IMG/VR virus record: IMGVR_UViG_3300030107_003563
Span: 1-53,900 of that record
Source: a virus
Lineage: Duplodnaviria; Caudoviricetes
Strand: one strand, 5' to 3'
Length of the DNA: 53,900 nucleotides
Positions 35,328 to 47,800 of the stretch are shown here, in pieces. The translations under genes were made by a program, and so were the position numbers. Under the pieces are notes generated by a model. The model did no database searches. It was not told where the DNA came from and was given only the letters and a program-made list of their open reading frames with translations. How positions within the stretch are numbered: the stretch's first letter is position 1; every line of letters starts with the position of its first letter.

Positions 35328-37640
35328 ATGGCAAATAACTATAACGTATCAAATGTTACAACTATGGAGGCCGCTGGAGAGTCAGTGGCAGGTGGTGGTA
35401 TTGCCCCTTCAACAGTACTAACTATAACGCCACATGCTGGCTATGTTATACAAGCAAGCGATTTTAGTATAGGTAATACTCTTCCTTCTGAGGTTACTTC
35501 TGTATCTTTTTCAGATACAACCACAGCCTTAGATGTTAACAATGAAGTTTTAGCAACGGTTAATTTAGCTACTTGGTTTACTATGCCGGCCAGCGGTAAC
35601 CTTGCAATTGGCGTGGATATAGATGGGGCCACACACACCGTAGTGCCTAGATTAAGTTTTTTTAATACTGTAGCTACTAACGTTACTAATGTTACAGCTT
35701 CTTTTGACTTGGTATCAATAACATCACCTGCGCAGAAGTCGATTAGTACATCTACTACAGACGGTATAGCACTAAGTACTTGTTATATAGATTTAGCAGC
35801 TAATCAACAAGTAGGCGTAGCAGCTTTAACAATAACAGCAGATAGTGGTTATCATTTAACTAGTATGCCTTCTTTTAGATTGGTGTCTAGTGATTATGAA
35901 AAATGGGTTATTTTAGAATCGCCTACATATAATAGTGACGGGCAAATTGATTCGGTGCTTTACAATATATCATATATAATGGGTGATTCTGACGTACCAG
36001 CTAGTCTTGGAGAGCATATTATATGGACTGTTCCAACCGCGGAGGCAGACATAGCTGTTACCTTACCAAAAATAGTTTCACTTGCTTATTATGATGGTTA
36101 TCCACATCAATCAATAATACCAGTTAATGCAAATAGTAACGACTTAATATTAAATGTACATGGTAATACAGACGCTAGTTATACCGTAAAAATAGTTGAT
36201 TCTAATGGGTTGTCTTATGATTTTAGTACTAATACTTTTACTAGACCAGCAACTGTTTCTGAAACTCAATATGTATATTCTCCATCTACTCAATTAGCAA
36301 TGGGTAGACATCCAAATAAAAATACCCACACTATAACAATACCTACTTATTCTAAAGAAATAAGATTTTCACGAACTTTTACAACTACAATAACACCTAT
36401 TGGAGATACGCGTACTGCTCAATCAGGAATGGAGACTGATGCTTCAGAGCCACTATCAATAATACTTTATCAATTAGGTCAAGTAGATTTTACGCTTCAA
36501 GCCGCAACAGCTACACATGGTGAGACTATTAGTACTTTAATTATAAAAAGTATAACTAATGGTTTCCCAATGCAAAAATTGTCTACTTTTAATCCAGCAA
36601 CAGCTCCTGGTTCTATTACTGGTTATAATGGTTATTTCACAACATCACAAGCCTTAGGATATACTATAACAAATGCTACAGAGGGAGCGGTAAGTGTAAG
36701 TGGTAGTCCTGCTACAATACAAATGGCCACAGCTCACGCTACTTTAAAGCTTCAAGAGGGTGATACTGTTACAGGTACTAATATAGCTGCTAACTCCACT
36801 ATAGCTTCCTTAGGTACAGGTGGGGGAGACGCACTTAAACAGTTTACACTGAACCAAGATGTTAGTGGTACTGTCGCTGATGAAACAACTCTAACGTTTA
36901 CTAGAACCGTTGGTATATCTAGACAACCAGTTGAAACAGATATAATAACATCTTCACCTATTACTTTAGCTGGAGGATTAAGTTCTAGCCAATCTTATCT
37001 TTGTAAAAATGATGTTAGTAACTCAGCAACTATACACTTAAAAAGCGATGATAACTCTCAAGTTGTATCTGGCTTAGTAGCTGGAATGTTAGTTAGTGGC
37101 GATGAAATAGTTGGTTTTCCAACCATACTATTTGTTAATGGTGATACTATAGCTATATCTAGCAGCCAAACAATAACCGCTGGACAAGCTTTAAAATTTA
37201 CCGTAGCAGGAACATCAACCCATATAACAGAGTTAAATGTTACAGGCGCTGGAACTGCTAATTGTAAATTAAACGTTTCTGGATATGTAGAAAGACTCGG
37301 TATTAATGATGTTGTAGCTAATTTAACTTTGGAAAACTTTGTTACAACATATGCAACACCAACAATAGTGGCTACAACGGCTAATTGTCCAGTGGGTGGT
37401 TCTGTTGTTATAGAGCCTTTGTCAGGTTGCACCGGGCATACTGGGACGTTAAATATAGCCACGGTACCTAGTAAGGGTGCAGGTGGAGCCGTTATAACTG
37501 AAGACGGCCAGTCTATACTTTATAGTTCCTCTGTTGGAGCTGGAGTAGAAATTGGAACAACAGATACTATAACATATACTATAAACGATGGGGTTAGTGC
37601 GAATACAAGCCCTGCAAATATAGTAGTAACTTTAACATAA
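35328..37640 (+). CDS. Tail/virion structural protein, S/T-rich beta domains
   Basis: Composition; C-terminal GTTDTITYTINDG Ig/cadherin-like motif. Confidence 0.65.
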   Translation: MANNYNVSNVTTMEAAGESVAGGGIAPSTVLTITPHAGYVIQASDFSIGNTLPSEVTSVSFSDTTTALDVNNEVLATVNLATWFTMPASGNLAIGVDIDGATHTVVPRLSFFNTVATNVTNVTASFDLVSITSPAQKSISTSTTDGIALSTCYIDLAANQQVGVAALTITADSGYHLTSMPSFRLVSSDYEKWVILESPTYNSDGQIDSVLYNISYIMGDSDVPASLGEHIIWTVPTAEADIAVTLPKIVSLAYYDGYPHQSIIPVNANSNDLILNVHGNTDASYTVKIVDSNGLSYDFSTNTFTRPATVSETQYVYSPSTQLAMGRHPNKNTHTITIPTYSKEIRFSRTFTTTITPIGDTRTAQSGMETDASEPLSIILYQLGQVDFTLQAATATHGETISTLIIKSITNGFPMQKLSTFNPATAPGSITGYNGYFTTSQALGYTITNATEGAVSVSGSPATIQMATAHATLKLQEGDTVTGTNIAANSTIASLGTGGGDALKQFTLNQDVSGTVADETTLTFTRTVGISRQPVETDIITSSPITLAGGLSSSQSYLCKNDVSNSATIHLKSDDNSQVVSGLVAGMLVSGDEIVGFPTILFVNGDTIAISSSQTITAGQALKFTVAGTSTHITELNVTGAGTANCKLNVSGYVERLGINDVVANLTLENFVTTYATPTIVATTANCPVGGSVVIEPLSGCTGHTGTLNIATVPSKGAGGAVITEDGQSILYSSSVGAGVEIGTTDTITYTINDGVSANTSPANIVVTLT

Positions 37641-37644
37641 TAAA

Positions 37645-38001
37645 ATGCCTACATTAACACTAACTTTTCCACAAAAAATACAAACTTCAACACAGGTTGG
37701 AGATATGGTTTTATATTGCAACCCAAGTACTACAGCTGGTTTTTCTACAGCAGCGCAATCAGATGTTGTTTTTTTAGGTGCTTGTTTAACTATAGCTGCT
37801 GATAGATTGTCTATGACCGTAGATTATGATGCTAGTACAGTTATACCTACATCTAGTAGCTTTATACTTTTTAGCAAAGATAAGTATTGTAATCCAAGTG
37901 GTTTACTAGGTTACTATGCTAAAGTATGTTTTAGAAATAATTCCACTACTAAAGCTGAACTTTTTGGAATAAATGCTGATATGTTTGAAAGTAGTAAATA
38001 A
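37645..38001 (+). CDS. Hypothetical tail protein
   Basis: SGLLGYYAKV...KAELF; end of tail operon. Confidence 0.6.
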   Translation: MPTLTLTFPQKIQTSTQVGDMVLYCNPSTTAGFSTAAQSDVVFLGACLTIAADRLSMTVDYDASTVIPTSSSFILFSKDKYCNPSGLLGYYAKVCFRNNSTTKAELFGINADMFESSK

Positions 38002-38022
38002 TTAGCAAAAAGTGTGACTATA
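37995..38022 (+). promoter_or_regulatory. Class-B promoter-like motif TAAAT-N14-GTGACTATA
   Basis: Upstream of probable ejection-protein operon. Confidence 0.65.
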
Positions 38023-38041
38023 GACATATAAATCAAATTAA

Positions 38042-38521
38042 ATGCCTAATAATCAAATAAAGAAAAAAGATTTACTCGTAACAGAGCGAGACAAAGTGTT
38101 GGATATAGAAAAAGCTTTGATTGAAAACGCTGACGGAGAAAATATTGTAACAACACATGATACCGATGCTTTTCCTTTAAAGCATATTTTTGCAGATGGA
38201 GTGTATGTAAGACAAATGTACATGGCAAAAGGAACCGTTGTTATAGGTGCTATACAAAATCATTTACATGTATGGTATTTGTTAACTGGAAACATAGTCG
38301 CCGCCACTGAAGATGGTATTGTTGATTACAAAGCACCTTGTTATGTAGTAGCTCAACCGGGGACAAAAAGAGTTATACATGCTGTTGAAGATTCTATATT
38401 TATAAATATACATAAGAACCCTACGAATACACAAGATTTAGATGAACTAGAAAAACAAATAGTTTCTAGTAGTTATGAAGAATATGAAAAATACGTTAAT
38501 AATAAAAATAATATAATATGA
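38042..38521 (+). CDS. Cupin-fold protein
   Basis: HIFADGVYVRQM...VIGAIQNHLHVW...PGTKRVIHAVEDS. Confidence 0.65.
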   Translation: MPNNQIKKKDLLVTERDKVLDIEKALIENADGENIVTTHDTDAFPLKHIFADGVYVRQMYMAKGTVVIGAIQNHLHVWYLLTGNIVAATEDGIVDYKAPCYVVAQPGTKRVIHAVEDSIFINIHKNPTNTQDLDELEKQIVSSSYEEYEKYVNNKNNII

Positions 38522-39153
38522 GCTGGATAATGGTTGGTGTTGCTGTTGTTGGTGGTGTATCTAAAATGATAAGCGCCAAAAAAGATCGTGACGCCAGAAA
38601 AGCAGAGCAAGAAAGAGCTAATAGAGAAATTGCTAAACGTAGACAAAGATTAGAAAGTCTAGACCTTACTAATCCATATGCTAATCTACAAAACACATAT
38701 GAAGATTTAACAATAAATCAACAGCAAGTTGACTTTCAAAGAAATCAAATGGCTATTCAACAAGCCAACGCTATGCAAAACTTACAAGCCGCGGCCGGTG
38801 GTAGTGGTGTAGCTGGTTTAGCACAGCAAATAATGAACCAAGGACAACAAATGTCAGGTCAAATAGCTGGAAGTATAGGTCAACAAGAAAGAGCTAATCA
38901 AATGGCTAGAGCACAACAAGAAGCAAGTATACAAAGCCAAAAAGCTCAAGGTGATCAATGGGTTTATAACAAGCAAGAGGCAAGAGAATCAGACTTTTTA
39001 TCTGCTGCTAGGGGTGAAAAAGCAGCCGCAGATAGAGCTAGAAGCGAAGCGGCAACGTTATCTTGGCAGGGTGCTAGCGAAATAGCGGGTGGCGTAGCAC
39101 AGGGAACTCAATACGGTGTGGATAACTACGGTTGGTTTGGTGGTGGAAAATAA
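38518..39153 (+). CDS. Putative ejection/internal virion protein
   Basis: Gly/hydrophobic N-terminus, Q/A-rich coiled coil; typical podovirus position. Confidence 0.6.
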   Translation: MSWIMVGVAVVGGVSKMISAKKDRDARKAEQERANREIAKRRQRLESLDLTNPYANLQNTYEDLTINQQQVDFQRNQMAIQQANAMQNLQAAAGGSGVAGLAQQIMNQGQQMSGQIAGSIGQQERANQMARAQQEASIQSQKAQGDQWVYNKQEARESDFLSAARGEKAAADRARSEAATLSWQGASEIAGGVAQGTQYGVDNYGWFGGGK

Positions 39154-39164
39154 CAATATAGAAT

Positions 39165-41879
39165 ATGGCAAAGAAAAAAGATAAGAAAGGTACAGGGTTT
39201 TTACAAAAAACTTACGACATAGCTACAGCTGGAGTTGATCAAGGTACACCAAGAGGTGGCTCTACTTTTGACGAAGCGTTTGCTGCCGCTGGAGGTGGTA
39301 GATATGGTAATCCTGGTGCTGGGAATACTGGTTATAGTGTAAACTGGAGTGAGGTTGATTTTGGTAAGAAAACCATTGAAGATTTAATGAAGCACCAAGA
39401 AAACCAACGTAATAAAAAAGACATCGACGCTAGAAGGAAAAAATGTATTGAACAAAAAGGACAGTGGAATCCAACAACAGGTACTTGTGATAAGGAAGGT
39501 TTAAAAGATGATCAGCAAATTTTCTTAAAAAAGAAAGCGTGTGCAAAAAGAGATGGATACGAGTGGAATGATGATTTACAACTTTGCGTAGAAATAGAAG
39601 GTAAAAAAGATGGCCCAATAATAGAGTGTAAATGTGGTGGTAAAGGAACACAAGAAGAGTGTGATAAAAAATGCAAGAAAAAAGATACAGATGATTGCCC
39701 AGAAGGTTATGAAAAAGTGGACGGGATATGCCAACCGAAAACAGATACGGATGGCGCGGTAGATAAGCCGTGTGAGTGTAATGGTGAAGTTACTAGAGTG
39801 CCAATCAGTCAAGATTGTCCACCTTGTGATGAACCAGACCCAAACCGATGTGCTGAAGACGAGTATTGGGATGGGGTAAGATGTGTTAAGAAAAGAAATC
39901 AAGGTAAAGATATACCTGGCTGTACAAATCCTGATTCTGAAAATTATAATCCTGATGCAACTATAGACGATGGTTCGTGTAAGCCTGTTAAAAAGAAAGA
40001 TGATGATGATGATGTTGTAATTGATGACGTAGATGAAATAAGTGAAGACGATATAGATAACACATATGCTAAAGGTTTAAATGACCCTTTTAACCCTGAA
40101 GTTACTTCCGATGAAGATATAGAAAAAATAAACAATTCGTTTACCGGTAGAAACGAAAATGAATCACTAATGCCAGGTTTAAGTCCAAACAATAGTTGGA
40201 ATGATTCAATTGGTGGTGGAGAATTTAAAAGTTTTGATCAAAAACAAAATTTTAAAAATGGTAAATTTTCCGGGTATCAAAGCAAAGGTAGAGATAGCCA
40301 GGGTAAGAGATGGAACTACAGCTTTAAAATAGATAAAAAAGGCTACATCCAGTTTGACAAGCCTTATAAAAAAATGGGGAGTGGTGTTAACTTGGTAATG
40401 CAGAAACTTGGTTTTAGTGGCAACAAGGGTAGGTTTACAAAAAGCGAATGGAATAGATTTACTAAAAAATACAATGAGGCTTTACAGGCCGCTATAAATA
40501 AAAGAACTGAACTAATAAAGCAATACGGTGAAAATCGTAATACAATAAACAAAATATTCTATGGATTAAATGCTGAGGAAAAAGCTTTACTTCGAATGCA
40601 CGCTAGGGGTTTTTTTAGAGGCGGTTCTACACCATTAAACTTTAAATCTCAATTTGATTATACGCAACCTATACCAGTTCAATTTAAATCACCATTTGCT
40701 AGTCGTTCTGCATTTAGAAGTCGTTTAAAAACACGTGAAAATTGGATGCCAATTCAATCGCCAATGAATTATGGTAGTCCACTACACCAGCAAGAACAAG
40801 ACATTAGCCAAATGCAGTTTGGAAGTATATGGGAAAAGATACAGGCATATGGCTCTGATATGGATAAGAAAATAGATAAGTTTATAAAACACAGTAATTA
40901 CAACGCTGAAACGGATAAACCTATAAATTCATTCCAAAACCAAGAGTGGATTGGTATAATAACAAAATGGTTGCAAGAGCAAAAGGCAGCGATGATTAAA
41001 GCTAAGAAGAATAATGATGAAAAACAAAGAATATCTACAGCTGTTAACACTTTAATACAAGATGTAACTACTTATTCAGGTAAGTTTTTAGATTGGATAG
41101 CTAGAAACGCTGGAGACGAAACAGAAGGTAATGCTGGTGGCTCTGTTGTTTCTCAGGGTTCTAGAAAAGATGAAAGATTTATTGGTAATATTACTTTTAT
41201 GGGTGATAAAAACACTACTATAGCTATTGGACCTGATGGTAAAATAGGTATAAAATCTTTTGGTTTACCTGAGGTTAAGTTTGTAGAAGAGTTAGACACC
41301 GATGTATTTGCTAAAGATGATATGGGTTATGCACAGTTTTTAAAAATATCAGAAGAACTTCAAAAGTTAGCAGAGAGTGGTAAGCCTTTAAATGAAAACA
41401 CTGTAAAGGGTAATGCTGATCAACTGTTAAAAAATGAAGATAGTATTTTATCTTGGGCGTTTGATCCTTTGTATGGTCAATCTTGGCTTCAAGATTATTT
41501 AGAAGTTGATCCTAATGTTGATGTTGATCAGTTTATGCCAGAAAGCTCTAAGTTTGACTTAGATCGTTTAACAGATGAAATACATGGTTGGTTAACTTCC
41601 AAAATGAAAGAGGCTTATAATCAAAATGTTCCACAGCAACCACAACAAAAAGGAGATGCTGCTCAAGCTATAATGGACCAAACGTTAGCTAGTGTAGAGG
41701 AGGAAAAACAAAACAAAGAAGGCGTTTATGCTGACTCACAACAAGGACCACCTCAAGGACCACCTCAGGGACCACCTCAAGGACCACCTCAGGGACCCCC
41801 ACCTCCGCAAGGAAGTCCAATGGCTTATTCAGAAAAGAAGAAAAGAGCTTTAAGATTGATAAACAAATATATTAAATAA
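39165..41879 (+). CDS. Putative ejection/internal virion protein with Cys-rich modules
   Basis: Cys-rich stretch, GCTNPDSENYNPDATIDDGSC, cluster of SP[FLM] motifs, QGPP repeat. Confidence 0.6.
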   Translation: MAKKKDKKGTGFLQKTYDIATAGVDQGTPRGGSTFDEAFAAAGGGRYGNPGAGNTGYSVNWSEVDFGKKTIEDLMKHQENQRNKKDIDARRKKCIEQKGQWNPTTGTCDKEGLKDDQQIFLKKKACAKRDGYEWNDDLQLCVEIEGKKDGPIIECKCGGKGTQEECDKKCKKKDTDDCPEGYEKVDGICQPKTDTDGAVDKPCECNGEVTRVPISQDCPPCDEPDPNRCAEDEYWDGVRCVKKRNQGKDIPGCTNPDSENYNPDATIDDGSCKPVKKKDDDDDVVIDDVDEISEDDIDNTYAKGLNDPFNPEVTSDEDIEKINNSFTGRNENESLMPGLSPNNSWNDSIGGGEFKSFDQKQNFKNGKFSGYQSKGRDSQGKRWNYSFKIDKKGYIQFDKPYKKMGSGVNLVMQKLGFSGNKGRFTKSEWNRFTKKYNEALQAAINKRTELIKQYGENRNTINKIFYGLNAEEKALLRMHARGFFRGGSTPLNFKSQFDYTQPIPVQFKSPFASRSAFRSRLKTRENWMPIQSPMNYGSPLHQQEQDISQMQFGSIWEKIQAYGSDMDKKIDKFIKHSNYNAETDKPINSFQNQEWIGIITKWLQEQKAAMIKAKKNNDEKQRISTAVNTLIQDVTTYSGKFLDWIARNAGDETEGNAGGSVVSQGSRKDERFIGNITFMGDKNTTIAIGPDGKIGIKSFGLPEVKFVEELDTDVFAKDDMGYAQFLKISEELQKLAESGKPLNENTVKGNADQLLKNEDSILSWAFDPLYGQSWLQDYLEVDPNVDVDQFMPESSKFDLDRLTDEIHGWLTSKMKEAYNQNVPQQPQQKGDAAQAIMDQTLASVEEEKQNKEGVYADSQQGPPQGPPQGPPQGPPQGPPPPQGSPMAYSEKKKRALRLINKYIK
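41742..41801 (+). repeat. 12-bp coding tandem repeat x5 (QGPP)
   Basis: CAAGGACCACCT / CAGGGACCACCT units. Confidence 0.9.
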
Positions 41880-41887
41880 AATATAAT

Positions 41888-44800
41888 ATGAAAAAACCAA
41901 GTCCTTTTTTACAGGAAGTAGTTGAAGACATGTTGGAAAATGGCGCTAGCGAAAACGAGATAAAAGACGTTGTAGAAGTATATAGCGAAACTGGTGAGAA
42001 TCTATATGAGCAAGATCAAGAGATTATAGATGACTGTAATCGGAGAGAAGGATACTTTTGGAACTCAGAGGCTAATAATGGTTTAGGTGCTTGTGAGTTA
42101 GAAGTACAGATAGAAGACACTCCTAAAGAAGAAGATATAGATTTAGATTTTTTAACAGAAACTAGTGAGATTCAACCAAAGCAAAACGTAGAAGATTACG
42201 ATACTTTTTCCGAGCAAGTAGTAAGACATTTCGAAAAACTCCCGGTAGAAATGTGGGAGTTTCCAGATCAAGGCGGTTATTTGTTAGAAAACGAAATGTT
42301 TTTAAATGGACTTGACGTTTTAAGTAGACAGCTGGAAGAGGGTATTATTGAGCATTGGCCAGTAGACGATAATGGCGCACAAATACCTCTTGACTTTGAT
42401 GATTTAAAAATCTTTAACAACTACTTAACTATACGTAAGGATTATAATCCTTATGATGATGGCGAAATAGGTGAATCAGGTTATAGTGTGAATTTTGAAA
42501 AAGCTATTTTTGACTCTTATTTTACAAACCTTTCTAAGATGTTTGTGAAAACTACTAGGCCTTTGGATGACGCTTATGCTAGTGGTTATGGTAAAAACCA
42601 AAGAAAAGGACTTTTACCTCCAGCTATAAATAAAAGCGGTGTAGAAAGTGATGAGTTTTTAAAATATCTAATACAAGAATGTGATCATGTAAGGTTGTCT
42701 AGAGAATTAGACAGACTTGCTGAACGTAAAGGAACGGAAAGTTATAACGAGCTAGAAGAAGAGTATAATAGTATAAACGGTATAGAAAGAAAACATTGTT
42801 ATACGCTATCTTTAAATGCTTATGAAGACTACAGGGAGTGGGTTAATAATGACAAATTACCAACGGATTTAGGTGAGCTTGGTTTTGATAAAGTAGTAGA
42901 AAAAAGAACTCAACAATTACAATCAAATTTTTCAATTGAATTATCACGTAGCAATTGGGATCGTTATGCTAAGTTTTGGATTCTTAGGAGTCGTATTACT
43001 CAAGTTACAACTGATGATATTAAAATAGGAATGGGTCTTACGGATCCTTGGCTTACTGACAAAGACATGCGGGAAAGAGCCGAATTAGATCCTTCCCTAT
43101 ATAACACTGAAGAATTTAGAAATGCTATAAGAGACGAGAAAAAGAGGTACTATCGAAACATGCTTCCTAATGTTGAGGACTTCGAAGAGCAATTAACTAG
43201 TTGGACAGGGGGTTTAAACGAAACTAATTTAAGAAAAATACTTGTAGAATCATTCAAAAATCAATTTGGTGCAAATTGGGAGGGAACAACCCATAGCGTT
43301 GCTGGTGTAGAAATAGCTGAAACTGGCGATTGGGTTAATAAAGATGATTTTTGGATAGAAGAGTTGGTGGTTGGACTGGATGCTATTAGAGTTCACCATC
43401 CAAGTGGTTTTTATATGGATATAAACTTAGAAGGTGAGCCTGAGTGTTATAAATCAGGGGTTATTATGAAAAGCTATGAGAGAGATATATGTAAAGATAA
43501 AACTCATAAATGGCTTCAAACTATAATTAATTCTATATCTAACTTTATGGCTGGACCAAGTGATAAGTCTATAGACGGTGGTTATGCGTTTTCAGATAAT
43601 TGGGATGAAATTGGTTTTAAAATCATGCATAAGGACGGGAGAACGTGGGATGAAGTTAGAGATGCTGGTTTAACAAAAAGAAAATTAAATACTCTTAAAT
43701 TTGCTTATCCAGATCAACCAGAGATATTGTTAGAAGACATGGTTCATTCAGACCAAGGCGTGCCCTATACTTATGAAATGGCTGGGGGAACAGGATCTGA
43801 TTTAGCATGGTATAGAATAGATCAAGATGGCAACAAGCAGTTAATAGAAACCTGTGAAGAACAAGTAGCTAGATACATAGATTATAGAAACAAAGGAAAA
43901 GAATGGTACGGAGATGTTCCAAAATGTCAAACTAAAAACGAAAGTGAAGACTCTAAGTATGCGAGGGCTTTAAAATCTTTTTTAACATATAGATATTATT
44001 TCCAAACAAGAAGTTTAAATGGTATTCACGTGGGTTTACAGGGACCTAAATTAGAAAACAAGTTTTATTATCAAGCTCAAGAGAACTCTGTATTTATGGA
44101 TACAGATGTCGATAAAACAATAAGTATTTTATCTGAATGGTATGGTAAGTTAGGATTTACTTTTAGTAACACTAAAGACAAATACGGAGGTATTTCAAAA
44201 GCTTTTGGGGATTGTGCTGGTGAACAAATTGTAGTTACATATAAAGGTGATTCAATTAAATTTCCAACAGGTTTAGACTGTATGGTTTCAGAAACCAAAT
44301 ATATGGGTAGTGAAATGGCTCCTACGCCCACAGAGATTATCGCAGCTATTATAGGTAGTGCTAGAAATAAACTAACGTCTTTTATTGACAGTAAAATTGA
44401 TCCTGTTTATCTAACAAATGTAGAGTTAGACACAGCTATTTGGGATAGAATGTATGGCCCAGAAGGAGTGTTAAATCTTACTAAAAAACAAAAAGGAGAA
44501 TTAGAAGATTTTTTATACAACGAAGAAGATAAAATAAGAGCAGGTATAACAACGGCAGATTATAATGATTTAACCGCTGTAAGAGAAAAAATATATAAAG
44601 GTGATAAAGATAGTGAATACGCTGCGCAAATAAATTTAGCTATAAAAACTTTTAGAGATCTAGGTATTCCAAGCGATAAAATAACAGAGGAAAGAATAAT
44701 TGAATTTGTAACAAATATAATTAAAGCTAATAAAATTGATGAGTTTAGAGAAATTAATTTTTCTAAATGGTATCACAGCTCGCAAGGTAAACAAGATAAA

Positions 44801-47800
44801 AAATTTTGGAAAGACGCAGATAAAGAAGATATAAAAATAAAACTAGAAGCTATTGGAGCGGTTAAAGCAGGTGAAATAGAAATTGAAGTAGAAAACTCAC
44901 TAGAATTAATAAAAACCAAAGAGCAGCAAATTAAAACTAGTCCAGAGTATCAATGGGTACAAAGTCATTTAGATAATATATTAAACCCCGACCATCAATA
45001 TGAGTTAACTAACGCAGAAATACTTACTGGTGATTGGTATCGTGTTGAAACTGGTCCTGCGGCTGGGAAAATTATGCCGATGCGTATTGCTATTCAGTAT
45101 GCTATTTATCTTAAAGCTGTTGAAGAAAAATATGAAGTTTTAAACAAACAACGCGAGGAAGTTGATAAAAAAATATTTCAAATTGAAGATATTGATGCGT
45201 GTTTAAGAACTCTTCAAAAATCATATTCAACTACAGCTTGGATAAATTGGGATCATTTTATAGCTGGAGGACCCTTAACTTATTCAGGTTTAGTTGCACT
45301 ATTGAACTGGAACTCAATGGGAAGAGAAATGTATACGCATAATACAAAAGCTAAGCAGCTACGAATGTCAGAAGTTAGCCAGCATGCTAGAATAAGTTGG
45401 GATGAAGTTCGTGGCATTGATGATGCTTTAGGTTTTGCAGCGCAATTTTTTTCTGAACAAGCTTTTACGTTTGCAGTAATGGGTCCTTTTGGACTTACAG
45501 GGTCTATAGCTGCTAGGGCGGTAGGTGGAATAGTTGGTGGTACTGTTATAGCGTCAACTATGATGACTGGTACTTATTTACAAGCCTACGCTGTTCACGA
45601 AGCTAATGGTGGTACTTGGGATAATTTTGACCCAGACGGGACTGCAATGATGCAGGCTGTAGGTGTTGGTATATTAAACGGTGTGTCAGCGTTTTTCTCT
45701 ATGAGATATTTAGGTAATGTAGCTCAATTAATGCAAAAGTCTGGTACTATAAGAAACATATCAAGAGAGAGTATAATGTCAATGATGAAAAAATCATTAA
45801 ACCTTCAATCAGGTTATTTAGGTTCTAAACTAGCTGATATGTTTGTTGAAACTAGTACTGAACTTATAGAAGGTTATATAACAGGAGAACCTTTAGAAGC
45901 CAACCAAGCTTTAGATGTTTTCATGGAAGTAGGTTTATTTAATACAATACTTGGTTTTATACCTTCAATGAAAGGCGCTGTGTATTCATTCCTAGGAGAT
46001 CATAAGACAACAGAACAAATTCGAAAGAATGAAAAAATAAAGTTAGAAAATGAACAGTATGTATTAAACTGGCAAAAAGAAAGCGGTAGAGAGTTAGTTT
46101 TTGATGAAAATGGTAATATAGATTGGGAAAAAACAAATCAAAATGTAACAGATGGTTCTAAAAACAAAACTAAAGCTCACCAAGCTGGGTTTACGATAGA
46201 AGGAGTTGAGGCTAAACTTGAAGAAAACAAAAAATTACACGAGCAAAACATGTCAGATTTAAAGACAATATTTAATGCTGGTAATAAGTTTGATAAAGTA
46301 GCTTGGTTTGCTATAGGTGATATTTATAGACAGCAAGAAAGACTTAGAGTAAAATTTGAAAATATTCAAAATGACACTAGCTTATCAGCTGATGAAAAAA
46401 AGAAAAAATTAACTGACTTAACTATAGAGTTTAATGAGTTAGAGCAAGTAAGGGTAATGATGGTTAAAAATCCTCAAAGTAATCTTAGTAGATGGGGAGC
46501 TTTAATAAGTAGTAAGAAACAAGCTGATATAGATAAAGCAAACACAATAAGAGAAAGAGTAATTGAAAAGTATAAAAAAGATAATAACGGTAAAACACCA
46601 AGTGATGAAGAAATCGCTTCTCTAGCCTCTCAAGAATACCATGCTGAGTTAATTAGAGAAGATGATGCAAATGTACCTAAAAGAACAAACCTATCTAAAA
46701 GTCATGAGTTAAAAGAATCTATAGATGATGCGGTAACATACTTAACAGATTTATTTAATGATGCTATACAAAAAGTAAAAGCATCAGGAGATTCTCCCGC
46801 AAGAGTGAACGCTCTAAAAAGAGAATTAGAAGCGGCTATTAATGGTATAAGAAATGGTAATCACGGTGTAAACTTTAGTTTAGAACCTTGGAAAAAAGGT
46901 GAAGATCAAAAAAGACAATCTATAACGGTTGTTGAAAATGCTTCTAGAGATGGTAGAACAGAAAATAGAACTCATGAGTTGGGTCACACTGTATTTATAG
47001 AGCAGCTAGGGTTAAACCCAGAGTCGTATCAAGCTTTATCACAAATGGCACTAGAGTTTTTACAAAAACACCATCCACAATTGTTTATACAAATACAATA
47101 TGGTGTTGAAAGAAAAAAGAATAATTTAACTGGTGCTAATGAACTTGTTGCTGATGAAGTTGTGATGAGGTTTTTGGAATTCGTTGGAGATGGTAAAGTT
47201 GATTTGAATAGTAAAAACGCTAATGGACTTGCCACTATGATGATGTATTTTTCAAGTAAAGCTATATCAAAAGATACTAATGCTCAATTTGGTTATAGAC
47301 TAGATGGCGAAGCTGGTGCTATTAATTTTTTAATATCATTAGGTAAAAAAATAAAAGAAGGAACGTTTACTAGAAAAGATGTAGAAACTATTCGTAAAAA
47401 CCAATTTATACAAGAAGCTAAAGACAAAAACGCTGCTAAAGTATACAATACCAACGTGAAAATGAGTGTAGCTCAAGCTGCAAAAGTTAACAAGATTCAC
47501 GAGGAAGAAGGTGATACTGAGATGGGTATTTGGAAAATTATGGAAGAATACGAAGGTATGCTTAATAAAATAGCAAGTGTTTATTCTAATGTACCTGGGT
47601 ATTTTGAAAGCAAGCAAGATTTTATTGATGAAGTTAAAGTTTCTTCTTTTACAAATAATAAAGGAGAACCATATAGAAGTTTATATACATTGATAAAAGA
47701 ATATGATCCATCTACTGGCGTACCTTTATCTGCTTGGATAAATAAATATATAAAAGTTAGGGCTATTGAAGCCGCGGAAAGAATATTTAATTTTGATGGA

